DNA of 51,886 nucleotides from a virus (taxonomy: Duplodnaviria > Caudoviricetes), in the IMG/VR virus record IMGVR_UViG_3300030380_004241, positions 1-51,886 of that record, one strand, 5' to 3'. Below the pieces are notes generated by a model. That model did not search any database and had not been told where the DNA came from. It was given only the letters and a program-made list of their open reading frames with translations. Positions within the stretch are counted from its first letter, which is position 1. Each line of letters starts with the position of its first letter. Of the stretch, positions 42,916-51,886 are shown piece by piece. A program made the position numbers and the translations under genes.

Positions 42916-44819
42916 CATTGCAGCTCCTTCAATTCAGTCCAGGAATCGTTAAAGACATCACTGAATACAGTGCTGGCAAAAATGGTCCGTACTGGGTTGA
43001 TGGGAACAATGTTCGTTTTAAAAATGGCTACGCGACAAAAATCGGTGGCTGGGTCAAAGATGAGATCTACGGATTAACTGCTGCTGATGAAGTTGATTAC
43101 TCTGAAGGGTCTGAAGTAACTTTGATTGGTGTCGCTAGGAACATGAATTTTTGGCGATCACTTTCTGATGGTGAAGATTATCTTGCTATAGGAACCCACA
43201 ATCACCTTTTTATTTTAGAGAATGAAGCTCTGTTTGATATCACGCCACTGCGTGCAACAGCCACAAACATAAACAACAACCCATTTGCCACTGTTGATGG
43301 CAGCACAACTGTCACAGTTACAGACACTGCTCATGGGGCAAGTGATGGCGATTATGTTCGTTTCAAACAAGCCACAACCACAAACGGCATAACAGCCGAC
43401 ACATTGAATAGATATTACGGATATCAGTTGACGCTTGTTGATGCTAACACATATACAATCGTTGTTCCTTCAGCAGCAACAGGCACAGGCTCAGGCGGTG
43501 GCTCTGGGGTTGATGCTGAGTACCTTATTGGTAATGCTGGCGGACTTGGGACTCAAACTGCTGTTGCTGCCCTTGGTTGGGGTGCTGGCGGATGGGGAGA
43601 ATCAACTTGGGGAACTCCTCGTTCAGGAACATCATCTTCAGTTGTTCTGGAAAACTCGCAGTGGTCTTTGACTTTGTGGGGTGAGGATCTTATAGCTCTG
43701 GTCAGGAATGGTGCTCTTTATTATTGGGACACCTCAACAGGCACAGGCTCTCGGGCTGTTCTGGTTTCAAGCTTGGGTGGGGCTAGCAATGTTCCTGATG
43801 AAAGCAGGGTGGCGATCGTTTCATTCCCCGACAGGCATCTTGTTTGCGGGGGGACAACTCCTCTGGGTGGCTCGGACATTGACCCGATGCTTGTGCGTTG
43901 GTCTGATCAAGAGGACTTTAAAAATTGGACTCCATCTGCAACAAACACCGCAGGTGATCAAAGGCTTGAGGTTGGCACAAAGATTGTTGGCATGATTTCA
44001 ACTCGCGATGAAACATTCATCTCCACAGATGAGGCTGTTTACGGGATGAACTTCGTTGGACCACCATTCACTTTTGCATTCAGGCTCGTAGGAACAAACT
44101 GTGGTGCCATCGGCAAAAATACACTCATGAATGTTGATGGTAATGTTTACTGGATGGGCAAGAATAATTTCTTCATGTATAATGGCTCTGTTAATGAGAT
44201 GGCATGCCCACTGAGACACTTTGTTTTTGACAGGATGCAAAAAGACTTCGCTGATAAAAATTTTGCAGCTCACAACAAAGAGTTTAATGAGGTCAGCTGG
44301 TTTTATGTTTCAAACGCTAACACAAACACAGACGGCAACCCAGAGCCTGACTCTTTTGTTACATACAACTACGAAATTAATGCTTGGTCCATAGGCACTC
44401 TTGATAGGACTTGTTGGTTTGACTCTTTCGGTTTCAGAAAAAGACCTTTCGCTTTCAGCCCAGATGGCGAACTTTATAACCATGAAGAGGGGACAGACGC
44501 TGACGGAGCAGCATTGTCAGCATACATTGAAACCTCACCTTTGGAAGTTTCTGGTGCTGGGGACAGCCTAATGTTGGTCGATAAAATCGTGCCTGACTTA
44601 ACAATGTCGGGAACTTTGAATGTTACAGTTGAATCAAAAAAATACCCAAATGCATCAGCTGTCACAAAAGGACCATTTACTATTTCTCCAAATTCAACTA
44701 AAGTAAGCATGCGAGCACGTGGTCGCCAGATGAGCTTCAAGCTAGAAAGTAATGCGGTTGGTGACGATTGGTCTCTTGGGGACTTCCGTGTAAACGCAAG
44801 GCAGGATGGATTAAGATGA
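42912..44819 (+). CDS. Tail nozzle / stabilization protein (P22 gp10-like beta-propeller)
   Basis: PGIVKDITEY...WVDGNNVRF, DPMLVRWSDQED...TNTAGDQRL, GPPFTF, RARGRQ, DGLR end; ATGA overlap start. Confidence 0.82.
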   Translation: MTLQLLQFSPGIVKDITEYSAGKNGPYWVDGNNVRFKNGYATKIGGWVKDEIYGLTAADEVDYSEGSEVTLIGVARNMNFWRSLSDGEDYLAIGTHNHLFILENEALFDITPLRATATNINNNPFATVDGSTTVTVTDTAHGASDGDYVRFKQATTTNGITADTLNRYYGYQLTLVDANTYTIVVPSAATGTGSGGGSGVDAEYLIGNAGGLGTQTAVAALGWGAGGWGESTWGTPRSGTSSSVVLENSQWSLTLWGEDLIALVRNGALYYWDTSTGTGSRAVLVSSLGGASNVPDESRVAIVSFPDRHLVCGGTTPLGGSDIDPMLVRWSDQEDFKNWTPSATNTAGDQRLEVGTKIVGMISTRDETFISTDEAVYGMNFVGPPFTFAFRLVGTNCGAIGKNTLMNVDGNVYWMGKNNFFMYNGSVNEMACPLRHFVFDRMQKDFADKNFAAHNKEFNEVSWFYVSNANTNTDGNPEPDSFVTYNYEINAWSIGTLDRTCWFDSFGFRKRPFAFSPDGELYNHEEGTDADGAALSAYIETSPLEVSGAGDSLMLVDKIVPDLTMSGTLNVTVESKKYPNASAVTKGPFTISPNSTKVSMRARGRQMSFKLESNAVGDDWSLGDFRVNARQDGLR

Positions 44820-45064
44820 GCAGGATTAATATAAGATTACCACAACCCCCAAAAGATTACGAACAGTCATGGGCTCAAAGAACCATCTCAACTCTTGAAC
44901 TTCAGATTAGTGAAATTAACTCTCCTGCTTCAATAGATCCTTATCAAACGAGTAATGTGACCAAAGACAGAGTCTTGGACGCTGACTCAACAACTTTAGC
45001 TGAGGTGGCTGATGTCCTTGGGACATTGATTGAAGACCTCAAAGGGAAAGGAGTTATAAGCTGA
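44816..45064 (+). CDS. Small tail-associated protein
   Basis: LPQPPKDYEQ...DVLGTLIEDLK; overlaps both neighbours. Confidence 0.72.
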   Translation: MSRINIRLPQPPKDYEQSWAQRTISTLELQISEINSPASIDPYQTSNVTKDRVLDADSTTLAEVADVLGTLIEDLKGKGVIS

Positions 45065-46365
45065 TGGCAGTTACAGATGGAGAAGGCGCACTGACAGGCT
45101 TGTCACTTGACGAAGAGGACGAGTCAAAAAAGCCTATCGTTTATGGAGTTTATCAGACTAAATCTCAAACTCCAGACATGGACTTGAGCAACCTTCAAAA
45201 TGTTTACGGAACAGCAGCGATGCCTGTTTTCGAGTGGGTTCGCACAATTCAAACAGGTCAAAGAACTTACGACCCTAATGACACTTCGGATCGTGAGAAA
45301 CTAGAAGAATATAAAAAGATGGTTGAGGAGCAGGGTAAGCCCCCAGGACTCCCTGATTGGTCAGAGATTGGCAAACAAGTCGCAGTTGGAACAGTATCTC
45401 AGCTAGGTCAGGCAGCAGCCAGCCAAGCAGGTTCAGCGTTGTTTGATCCTTATCTAGCTAGTGAAACCACTGGTTCAAAACTTTTGACAGGAGTCACCGA
45501 AACATTTGGCTCAACGCCAGCTCAACAAGTCGCATCAACAACGAATCTTGCCTTTGACAACATTGACAAGCTCGCAAACGATCAGACAATCTTCCCAGAG
45601 CTCGCCAACAGAGAAGTCGCAGAAGCAACAGGAAACTTAGATCTTTACAATGCCGTCTCTGATGGGGGCAAAGAAGTCGGGAAGGGGATCAAGTCTTACG
45701 ATGCTAATGTTGTTAATGATGCAAAAAAGACGACAGGTGGCAACTTAACAGCTGAAGCAATCACAACCAGCTCCCAAACCCCTACATATCTTTCTCAAGT
45801 TGGTGACAGACTTTACGGGACTGAAGCAGCAAAAGCCAACTGGTCAGGTGCTGCGGGTGCTGGCATTGTCAACTTTGGCGTTCAGCTCGCTATGGGCGAG
45901 GATCCCGAAAAAGCAGCCAAGTCAGCTGGTGCATCAGCGATCGGAACAGCGATAGGTAATGCTTTGCTTCCTGGGATTGGTGGCGTCGTTGGTGGGGTGC
46001 TTGGAGGAATTGTCGGGGGCAGAGTCATTTGTAACGAGCTTTGCCGTCAAGGTGTGATGACTCGTAAGCAAGTCGTTCTTGACTATAAATTTACACGCGA
46101 CTATCTGACACCACAACATGTTAATGGTTATCATGTTTGGGCTGTTTGGATGGTCAAGCAGATGCGCAAAGGCAAGTTTGTTAAATTTTGGAAACATGTT
46201 GCTGGGCATCGTGCAAACGAGATTGCTTACATTTATGGTGAGCGAGACAAGCCCGACTACTTGGGCAAAGTTTACAGAAAGATTTTGGAGCCGACTTGTT
46301 GGGCTGTTGGATATTTTTGTAAAAAAACAGACTGGTCAACTTTATACAAAGCAAAGGAGGTTTAA
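45064..46365 (+). CDS. Putative ejection protein with glycine-zipper and Cys-initiated C-terminal domain
   Basis: GALTGL near the N-terminus; GTAIGNALLPGIGGVVGGVLGGIVGG zipper; RVICNEL...GYHVWA domain. Confidence 0.78.
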   Translation: MAVTDGEGALTGLSLDEEDESKKPIVYGVYQTKSQTPDMDLSNLQNVYGTAAMPVFEWVRTIQTGQRTYDPNDTSDREKLEEYKKMVEEQGKPPGLPDWSEIGKQVAVGTVSQLGQAAASQAGSALFDPYLASETTGSKLLTGVTETFGSTPAQQVASTTNLAFDNIDKLANDQTIFPELANREVAEATGNLDLYNAVSDGGKEVGKGIKSYDANVVNDAKKTTGGNLTAEAITTSSQTPTYLSQVGDRLYGTEAAKANWSGAAGAGIVNFGVQLAMGEDPEKAAKSAGASAIGTAIGNALLPGIGGVVGGVLGGIVGGRVICNELCRQGVMTRKQVVLDYKFTRDYLTPQHVNGYHVWAVWMVKQMRKGKFVKFWKHVAGHRANEIAYIYGERDKPDYLGKVYRKILEPTCWAVGYFCKKTDWSTLYKAKEV

Positions 46366-46695
46366 ATGCCAGGACATTCAGACATGAAAGGTGCTACGAT
46401 GAATCCTTTGGCAGCTATGCCTGCTGAAGCTCGAAGCAACCTTATGAAATCATCAGACGGGATCCGAGCTGTTTTGATGTCGAGGCTCGCAAACATGGGT
46501 CCAGAAGAGCTACGCATGCTCGATTCAGCTATCACGCCTGAAGTTGCACGTGTGCTCATGAAGCTGTTGCCTGAGTTGCAGGAGCTCGTAAATGCAGTCG
46601 CTGATCAGCGTCAAGGCATGGCACGTCAGCAACCAGCGCCAAAGGGCAACGCAATGCCAAAAGGCATGGGTGCGCTCGGTAACATGATGAGATGA
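46366..46695 (+). CDS. Met-rich small putative internal protein
   Basis: AAGGAGG RBS; C-terminal GALGNM. Confidence 0.75.
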   Translation: MPGHSDMKGATMNPLAAMPAEARSNLMKSSDGIRAVLMSRLANMGPEELRMLDSAITPEVARVLMKLLPELQELVNAVADQRQGMARQQPAPKGNAMPKGMGALGNMMR

Positions 46696-47135
46696 CGATA
46701 AGGAGAGCCTCGCCATTAGATATTTCAGCTGTTTTAAATATGCTTGCGGAGATGCACGAGAACACAACTCTACCAACTCCCCCGATCAACAGCGAAAAGC
46801 TAGTGGCAAAGGTAAATGAGGTCATACACAGAGGAGTTGTTTTTGTGGCTTTGGATAAGGAAAATAAAATAGTAGGATCTGTCGGAGGGATGGTAGGAAC
46901 AGACTGGTGGTCTGATCAGCCATTCTTAGCAGACTGCTGGTTTTATGTAACTCCAGACCACAGAAAAGGATCTTCAGTTTCTCTTGAACTGATTAAAAAC
47001 TTTATTAAATCTGCAAATGACGCTAAACTACCTGTGAGGCTTGGCCACATCTTTTCGGGAGACTTAGAGCGGAAAGACAAATTTTTTGAAAGGCTTGGTA
47101 TGACCAAAGCAGGTTCAGTATTCGTGGAGGCATAG
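46692..47135 (+). CDS. GNAT-family acetyltransferase-like protein in the ejection module
   Basis: MTIRRAS..DI, WFYVTPDHRKG, FFERLGM. Confidence 0.82.
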   Translation: MTIRRASPLDISAVLNMLAEMHENTTLPTPPINSEKLVAKVNEVIHRGVVFVALDKENKIVGSVGGMVGTDWWSDQPFLADCWFYVTPDHRKGSSVSLELIKNFIKSANDAKLPVRLGHIFSGDLERKDKFFERLGMTKAGSVFVEA

Positions 47136-48338
47136 ATGGGTGGTTACTGCACAACAGGGGTAGAAAACTTACCCACATATGACGAAACGCTAACAGGCAC
47201 AGACATTCCTGCTTGGGTTTCTCAAGGTGGGCGAACTCTTTTTGAGCAAGCTGCGGAACTTGCGTCTAGTGAATTTCCTGCCTATCAAGGTCAAAGAATC
47301 GCTACATATGGTGGCAGCAAATTAACTCCCGAAGAGCGAGCAGGCTTTGATCTCCTCATGAGAGGAGAAGACATCTATGATCCTTATGTAAAAGCTGCAT
47401 ACCAACAAACACAAACCCTCGGCAAAGGTTATGATGAGGCTTCTCGGAGGGATCTCTTAGGAGGAAACTACCGAGGTGCGACTCGGAGTGAGCTTATCGG
47501 CGAACCCGAAATGCAGTATCAAGGTGCCACTCGGGATGAGCTTATTGGTGGACCATTTACAATTGAACAAGCTCAACCATTCCTAGACATTTATCAAGAA
47601 GCAGCAGACCCAGCAGTCGCTGAGGCTGAAAGGCAACTTCAGCAAAACCTTATTGCACAAAGGGCAAGAGCAGGATCAGCCTTTGGAGGTTCTCGTGCAT
47701 TCCTAGGTGAAATGGAGGCTTCTGATAGGACAGCAAGAGCAGCAAGCGACATCCGTCGTCAAGCAGCAGCAGAGGGTCTCGGATTCGCAGCAGGCAGGTC
47801 AGACGCAGATCGTGCCGCAAGGTTCCAAGCTGAGAATGTTATGCGTCAACAATTTGAGCAAGATCGTGCTCAAAGAGAGCGTGATCGTGCGGCGAGGTTC
47901 GGTGCAGAAGATGTTATGCGGGATAGGTTCACATCAGACCGCGAAGCAAGGTTCGGTGCAGAAGCTGCAAGAAGAGCTGCATATGAAACTGAGGAAGCCT
48001 CTCGTTTAAGGAAAGCAGAGCAGCTGACAGGATTCGCTCCCCTTGTCCAAGGGCTTTCCGAGCAAGCAGCATCAGGTATGCTGTCCGCTGGAGAAGCACG
48101 TCGTAAACTTGATCAGATGGCTCTTGACTTGGCATTCTCAGATTATATTGAGCAGAGAGAATATCCTTTCCAGATGCTTAACTTTGCGATGGGTGCACTC
48201 AAAGGTGTTCCGTACGAAACAACTCAATATTCGCTTTCGCAAGGTCAACAGTATGTTCAGACACCATCAATCTATGGCCAGACACTTGGAGGCTTGGGAT
48301 CATTGGCATCTGCCTACTACATGAGTCGAGGAGCTTAA
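47136..48338 (+). CDS. DNA ejection / pilot protein
   Basis: PAYQGQRIA, AFGGSR, Ala/Arg/Gln coiled coil, LDLAF.DY.EQREYP, C-terminal Gly-rich GQTLGGLGSLA. Confidence 0.8.
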   Translation: MGGYCTTGVENLPTYDETLTGTDIPAWVSQGGRTLFEQAAELASSEFPAYQGQRIATYGGSKLTPEERAGFDLLMRGEDIYDPYVKAAYQQTQTLGKGYDEASRRDLLGGNYRGATRSELIGEPEMQYQGATRDELIGGPFTIEQAQPFLDIYQEAADPAVAEAERQLQQNLIAQRARAGSAFGGSRAFLGEMEASDRTARAASDIRRQAAAEGLGFAAGRSDADRAARFQAENVMRQQFEQDRAQRERDRAARFGAEDVMRDRFTSDREARFGAEAARRAAYETEEASRLRKAEQLTGFAPLVQGLSEQAASGMLSAGEARRKLDQMALDLAFSDYIEQREYPFQMLNFAMGALKGVPYETTQYSLSQGQQYVQTPSIYGQTLGGLGSLASAYYMSRGA

Positions 48339-48342
48339 ATGA

Positions 48343-50019
48343 ATGGCTGGTCATGACAAAAAAGTCCTCGGGGCATCAAACACAAACATTCAGAATCTTC
48401 CTCAAGGTGCATTGAGAGCTCTTGGTGGCCAAGAGAACTTTGAAAACGCTATGGCTCTGGCTCAGGCTTTGAATCCTCCTCCGACCCCGATGACACCCGC
48501 ACAACTTGCCTTTCAGTTCTTTACACAGATGGCAGCAGAGTCTTCCAAGCCAGGAGCAACAGCTCTCGGTGCAGCTAGTCAAGCAGCACTGACACCTGCA
48601 GCCTACTTGATGAAAGATCGCGAGGCTCAACAGAAATATCAAGCAGCTCTCCCAGCACAAGCTCTGAACATCGCACAACTTACAAAAGCACCCAAAGGCA
48701 CAGGCATGGGTGAAACTTTCAAGCGCACAGAGCCAGTGAAAAATGATGATGGCTCTGTCAAGATTGATCAAACAACAGGTGCAACAATATATAATTATAG
48801 GGTTGAGGACAATGCAGGCAACCTGATCCGCACTGTTCAGATGGCTGACGATTCAACCAAGCAGACGCCTGTTACTCTTTACAACGAGGCTGGCGACTCT
48901 GTCAGGGTTGTTCCAGGAACACAAGCCTACAGAACTGCGACTTCTGATGCTGCGCAGGGTGGTGGCTTCTTCTTGACTAGCAAGCCTACAAAGTTCTCCC
49001 CTCGTACAGTTTACAAAGATGGCCAAGAGAAAAAAGTTTACTCTCAGGCTGATTACGACACTGCCACAGGTGAGGGCGAGGCTGGCGGTTGGTCAGACAT
49101 TAAGCCTCCGTCCTCAACCAGCACAATCAAGACTGTTGGCGCAGGAACTTTGGCTACATACATGTCTGCGGAAGATGCGACAGCATTTGTTAAAGCTCAA
49201 GGCATGCCCGAAACTTCCCCGAACTTTCAAGCAATGGTTGACAGCCTAACTGCCAAAAGAGACTCTCAGATCGGCAAGCCCATCGTCACTGCTGGCGTAT
49301 ACATGGAAGTGTATCCACTCTACAAAGATGGCGAAGTCATTAATCTTCAGCTGTCGCCTTCCAAGACTGCGGCAACTCCATACTTCACGACATATGTTGA
49401 GAAGCGTCTCCCGATCATTGCGAAGTCAGCCGATACATACAACACAACTGCTCGTGAGGTGATTCCGAGGGTTGATGAAGCGATGAACCTATTGTTGTCT
49501 GGTCAAGTTGAAACAGGTCGCCTTAATCAAGCTCTGTTGCCATTTAAGCAGACATTCAATCAAGCCTTTGGTATCAATGATCCTGAAGTCATGGGTCTTG
49601 AGACTTTGCAAGCAACATCAAACTTCTTGGCTCCAAAGATGCGTCCTGTTGGATCTGGCTCAACCTCTGATATGGAATTCAAAGCCTACCAGCAAGCAGC
49701 ACTGTATCTTGGCAACACTCCTGAAGCTAACTACATCTCACTTTACGCTTTCAAAAAGATGGCTGAAAATGGCGTAAGACTTAATCAACTTGAAACAGAG
49801 CTTTTGACCTCTGGTGAATTCACAAGCATGAAAGAAATCAACCAAGCTCTTAAAACTGATGACACTGGCATCTTTGAAAAGTTTTCAGGCGACCCAACTG
49901 ATGAGGAAGCTGTTCTTGAGTTTTACAATGCCTTGCCAGATGGAGCTGTAATAATTAACAATGGCATCTTCAACTCAGACTCGCCGTATATCATCAAAGG
50001 ATGGGGAGGAGGTTCGTAA
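48343..50019 (+). CDS. Internal virion / ejection protein
   Basis: Position in the module; GALRAL near the N-terminus; APKMRPVGSGSTSDMEF motif. Confidence 0.8.
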   Translation: MAGHDKKVLGASNTNIQNLPQGALRALGGQENFENAMALAQALNPPPTPMTPAQLAFQFFTQMAAESSKPGATALGAASQAALTPAAYLMKDREAQQKYQAALPAQALNIAQLTKAPKGTGMGETFKRTEPVKNDDGSVKIDQTTGATIYNYRVEDNAGNLIRTVQMADDSTKQTPVTLYNEAGDSVRVVPGTQAYRTATSDAAQGGGFFLTSKPTKFSPRTVYKDGQEKKVYSQADYDTATGEGEAGGWSDIKPPSSTSTIKTVGAGTLATYMSAEDATAFVKAQGMPETSPNFQAMVDSLTAKRDSQIGKPIVTAGVYMEVYPLYKDGEVINLQLSPSKTAATPYFTTYVEKRLPIIAKSADTYNTTAREVIPRVDEAMNLLLSGQVETGRLNQALLPFKQTFNQAFGINDPEVMGLETLQATSNFLAPKMRPVGSGSTSDMEFKAYQQAALYLGNTPEANYISLYAFKKMAENGVRLNQLETELLTSGEFTSMKEINQALKTDDTGIFEKFSGDPTDEEAVLEFYNALPDGAVIINNGIFNSDSPYIIKGWGGGS

Positions 50020-51886
50020 TGGCTGTAGATTTACCAGCAGGTGCCGCAGGCATCAAACCAGGAAACAAACCAACTCCTGAGGCAGAAGAAGTTGTAAAAG
50101 CCAACGAAAAAAGTTTTTGGCAAAGTATTGCTGATCTTCCTGGAGGCATCTATGCAGCTGCCACAGGCGAAGGCATCCCGATTGAGTTCCCCAACATCCC
50201 CGAAACAACTGACATGGGTGATGCTGCTCCAGGATTCTTTGAAGCATTCATGATGAACAACAAGCTGATGTTCGCAAGAGACGACTTCGGCAAAGTTGAA
50301 ATCATGGAAGACACTTTTGGCGACGATGAACGTTGGGGTGGTGCATTTGTTGATAAGTTTGACAACCCTATGATTGTCTGGAATGACAAGCCGTATTATG
50401 TCAACAAGCCAGGATTCTCAGGGCAAGACATCGGCACTCTGACAGGCGAGATAATTAAGTTCGCACCTGCGAGCAAGTTTGTCAGCGGTGCAAAAAATTT
50501 GGGTCAGACAGTCATGCGTGGCACTGGCGCATACTCTGCAACAGAGGTCGCTGGTCAAGCTGGCGAGGCAATGCTGACTCCTGAGACAACAAAAGCCAAA
50601 GATCGTGACATGGGTGATGTTGCTGGTGATGTCGGTGTGGCTACAGGCTTGGGCGTAGCTGTTGATGTTGTGGCACCACCAGTAATCAAAGGCACAAGCA
50701 AAGTTCTGAGGGCTGGCACAGGCAAAGTCTCTGAAACTGCAGCAAGAGTGTTCCCAAGGTTTGAGCCTAAAAATATACAAACATCAAAGTACCCACTAAC
50801 AGTCGGTCAAAGAACTGCTGCACTGCCAGACAGAAAAGCAGGTCCAACTGAAAAGGTAACACCAGAGCTTGAGTCCGAAGATGTCATGCGTCGTGCTCCA
50901 GGAACTAATCCTGATGCCGCAAACATCATGCGTGGTTTTGATGAAAGGCAACTTGATGAAATCAGAGCTGATGCTACGGCATTGGGTGATGAGTTTGGTT
51001 CGGGTCGCCCAGACATTACAGGTGCCGCAGACGTGCCGACAGCCGTAGCGGAAGAGATTCAATCAGTAGGCGTATCAGCTGCAAGAGATTTGAAGGCAAG
51101 AGCAGGCAAAGCCTATGACGTTGTTCAAGGTGCTGAGTTCCAACCTGTAATGGATGGAGCAGGAGTTGTTGCAACATCGCAAGTTGCACTTGACTCAGTG
51201 CTCAGCCCTCAAGGTCTTGGCATAACAGCCCGAGAGCTTGGCACAATGCCGATCCTCAAAAGAGAGATTGATTACCTTAAAAGGATTAACAAACTCGCTC
51301 AAAATCCTAAGTTCAAAGGCTCTCCGCTGAACATACTTCATGGCTATCAAAAGACTCTTAACAGAGCAGTGCGGACAGCTGAACAAGGCTCACCAGAGCA
51401 ACTAGCCTTGGGCAAGATAAAAGAAACAATTGACAAAGCAGTTTTTGACGGCATAGAGATGGGATTCATCACTGGTGATGAAACTGTCCTTAACTCTTTG
51501 AAAGAGGCAACAGACCTCTACAGGCAGTACATCGGTCTGACAGGCAAAGCCACAGGCAAAGATGCTCAAGAGAAGTCAGCAAACAGAATCTTACAAATGA
51601 TCACAAATGAAAACTTCACACCCAAGCAAGTTGTGAATGCATTTTTTGGTCACGCAAAATTCAACCCGAACCAATCAATGGCTTTGGTCTTGAATAAACT
51701 GAAGGCAGCACTGCCTGAAGATCAATATAAAGAAGTTGTTGCACTGGCCAAAGACGCTGTTCTTGAGAAAGCATTCTCAGGGTCAGGCAAGTCTGGTGTA
51801 ACTCGCACGAACATAGTGAATAACTACGACGACATTTTTGTTAAAAATAAAGCAATCACAGGGATGTTATTTGGTCCTGATGAGAT
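50019..51886 (+). CDS. Large internal virion/ejection protein (continues at position 1; about 751 aa in total)
   Basis: ATG 50019 (TAATG, GGAGGAGG); MAVDLPAGAAG...YYVNKPGFSGQD...; runs to the window end, so it is missing from the ORF track. Confidence 0.85.
   Translation, partial: MAVDLPAGAAGIKPGNKPTPEAEEVVKANEKSFWQSIADLPGGIYAAATGEGIPIEFPNIPETTDMGDAAPGFFEAFMMNNKLMFARDDFGKVEIMEDTFGDDERWGGAFVDKFDNPMIVWNDKPYYVNKPGFSGQDIGTLTGEIIKFAPASKFVSGAKNLGQTVMRGTGAYSATEVAGQAGEAMLTPETTKAKDRDMGDVAGDVGVATGLGVAVDVVAPPVIKGTSKVLRAGTGKVSETAARVFPRFEPKNIQTSKYPLTVGQRTAALPDRKAGPTEKVTPELESEDVMRRAPGTNPDAANIMRGFDERQLDEIRADATALGDEFGSGRPDITGAADVPTAVAEEIQSVGVSAARDLKARAGKAYDVVQGAEFQPVMDGAGVVATSQVALDSVLSPQGLGITARELGTMPILKREIDYLKRINKLAQNPKFKGSPLNILHGYQKTLNRAVRTAEQGSPEQLALGKIKETIDKAVFDGIEMGFITGDETVLNSLKEATDLYRQYIGLTGKATGKDAQEKSANRILQMITNENFTPKQVVNAFFGHAKFNPNQSMALVLNKLKAALPEDQYKEVVALAKDAVLEKAFSGSGKSGVTRTNIVNNYDDIFVKNKAITGMLFGPDE
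51786..51886. repeat. Terminal direct repeat (circular overlap), copy 2
   Basis: Matches 1-101 with one mismatch. Confidence 0.97.

Noticed and set aside
1-51886. Integrase, repressor-based lysogeny module, tRNA genes or stop-codon reassignment
   Set aside because: None recognised; standard-code ORFs tile the genome densely and TAA, TGA and TAG all terminate genes.

Overview
This window is an essentially complete, circularly permuted genome of a lytic tailed dsDNA phage. Unit length is about 51,785 bp: positions 1-101 repeat at 51786-51886, and one large virion gene runs through the join. The head, tail and ejection genes look podovirus-like. The host is probably a marine alphaproteobacterium, inferred from AGAAAGGA ribosome-binding sites and a GTA-type holin. 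There are two divergent arms meeting at a non-coding switch region (18.6-19.0 kb). The leftward arm (887-18582) holds replication genes (family C polymerase DnaE, separate DnaQ exonuclease, primase, UvrD and SNF2 helicases, resolvase-like nuclease, SSB-like protein) and a nucleotide-metabolism cluster (flavoprotein, variant ThyX, DenV-like glycosylase, HAD phosphatase, all-alpha NTP pyrophosphatase). The rightward arm holds terminase, portal, internal and basic proteins, GroES, scaffold, capsid, tail, lysis and ejection genes. I saw no integrase, RNA polymerase, tRNA or CRISPR array. The most interesting signals are: (1) a probable DNA base-modification pathway built into the polymerase operon; (2) a G-A-L-x-x-hydrophobic motif shared by nine unrelated putative internal virion proteins; (3) a composite early promoter (IHF site, palindromic operator, sigma70 core) repeated four times; (4) a candidate anti-Shine-Dalgarno sRNA, alongside an alternative SD used by early genes; (5) Cys-initiated C-terminal domains on two virion proteins; (6) a 23-aa membrane peptide bridging dnaQ and dnaE. 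All product calls come from motif recognition by eye; no database searches were run.
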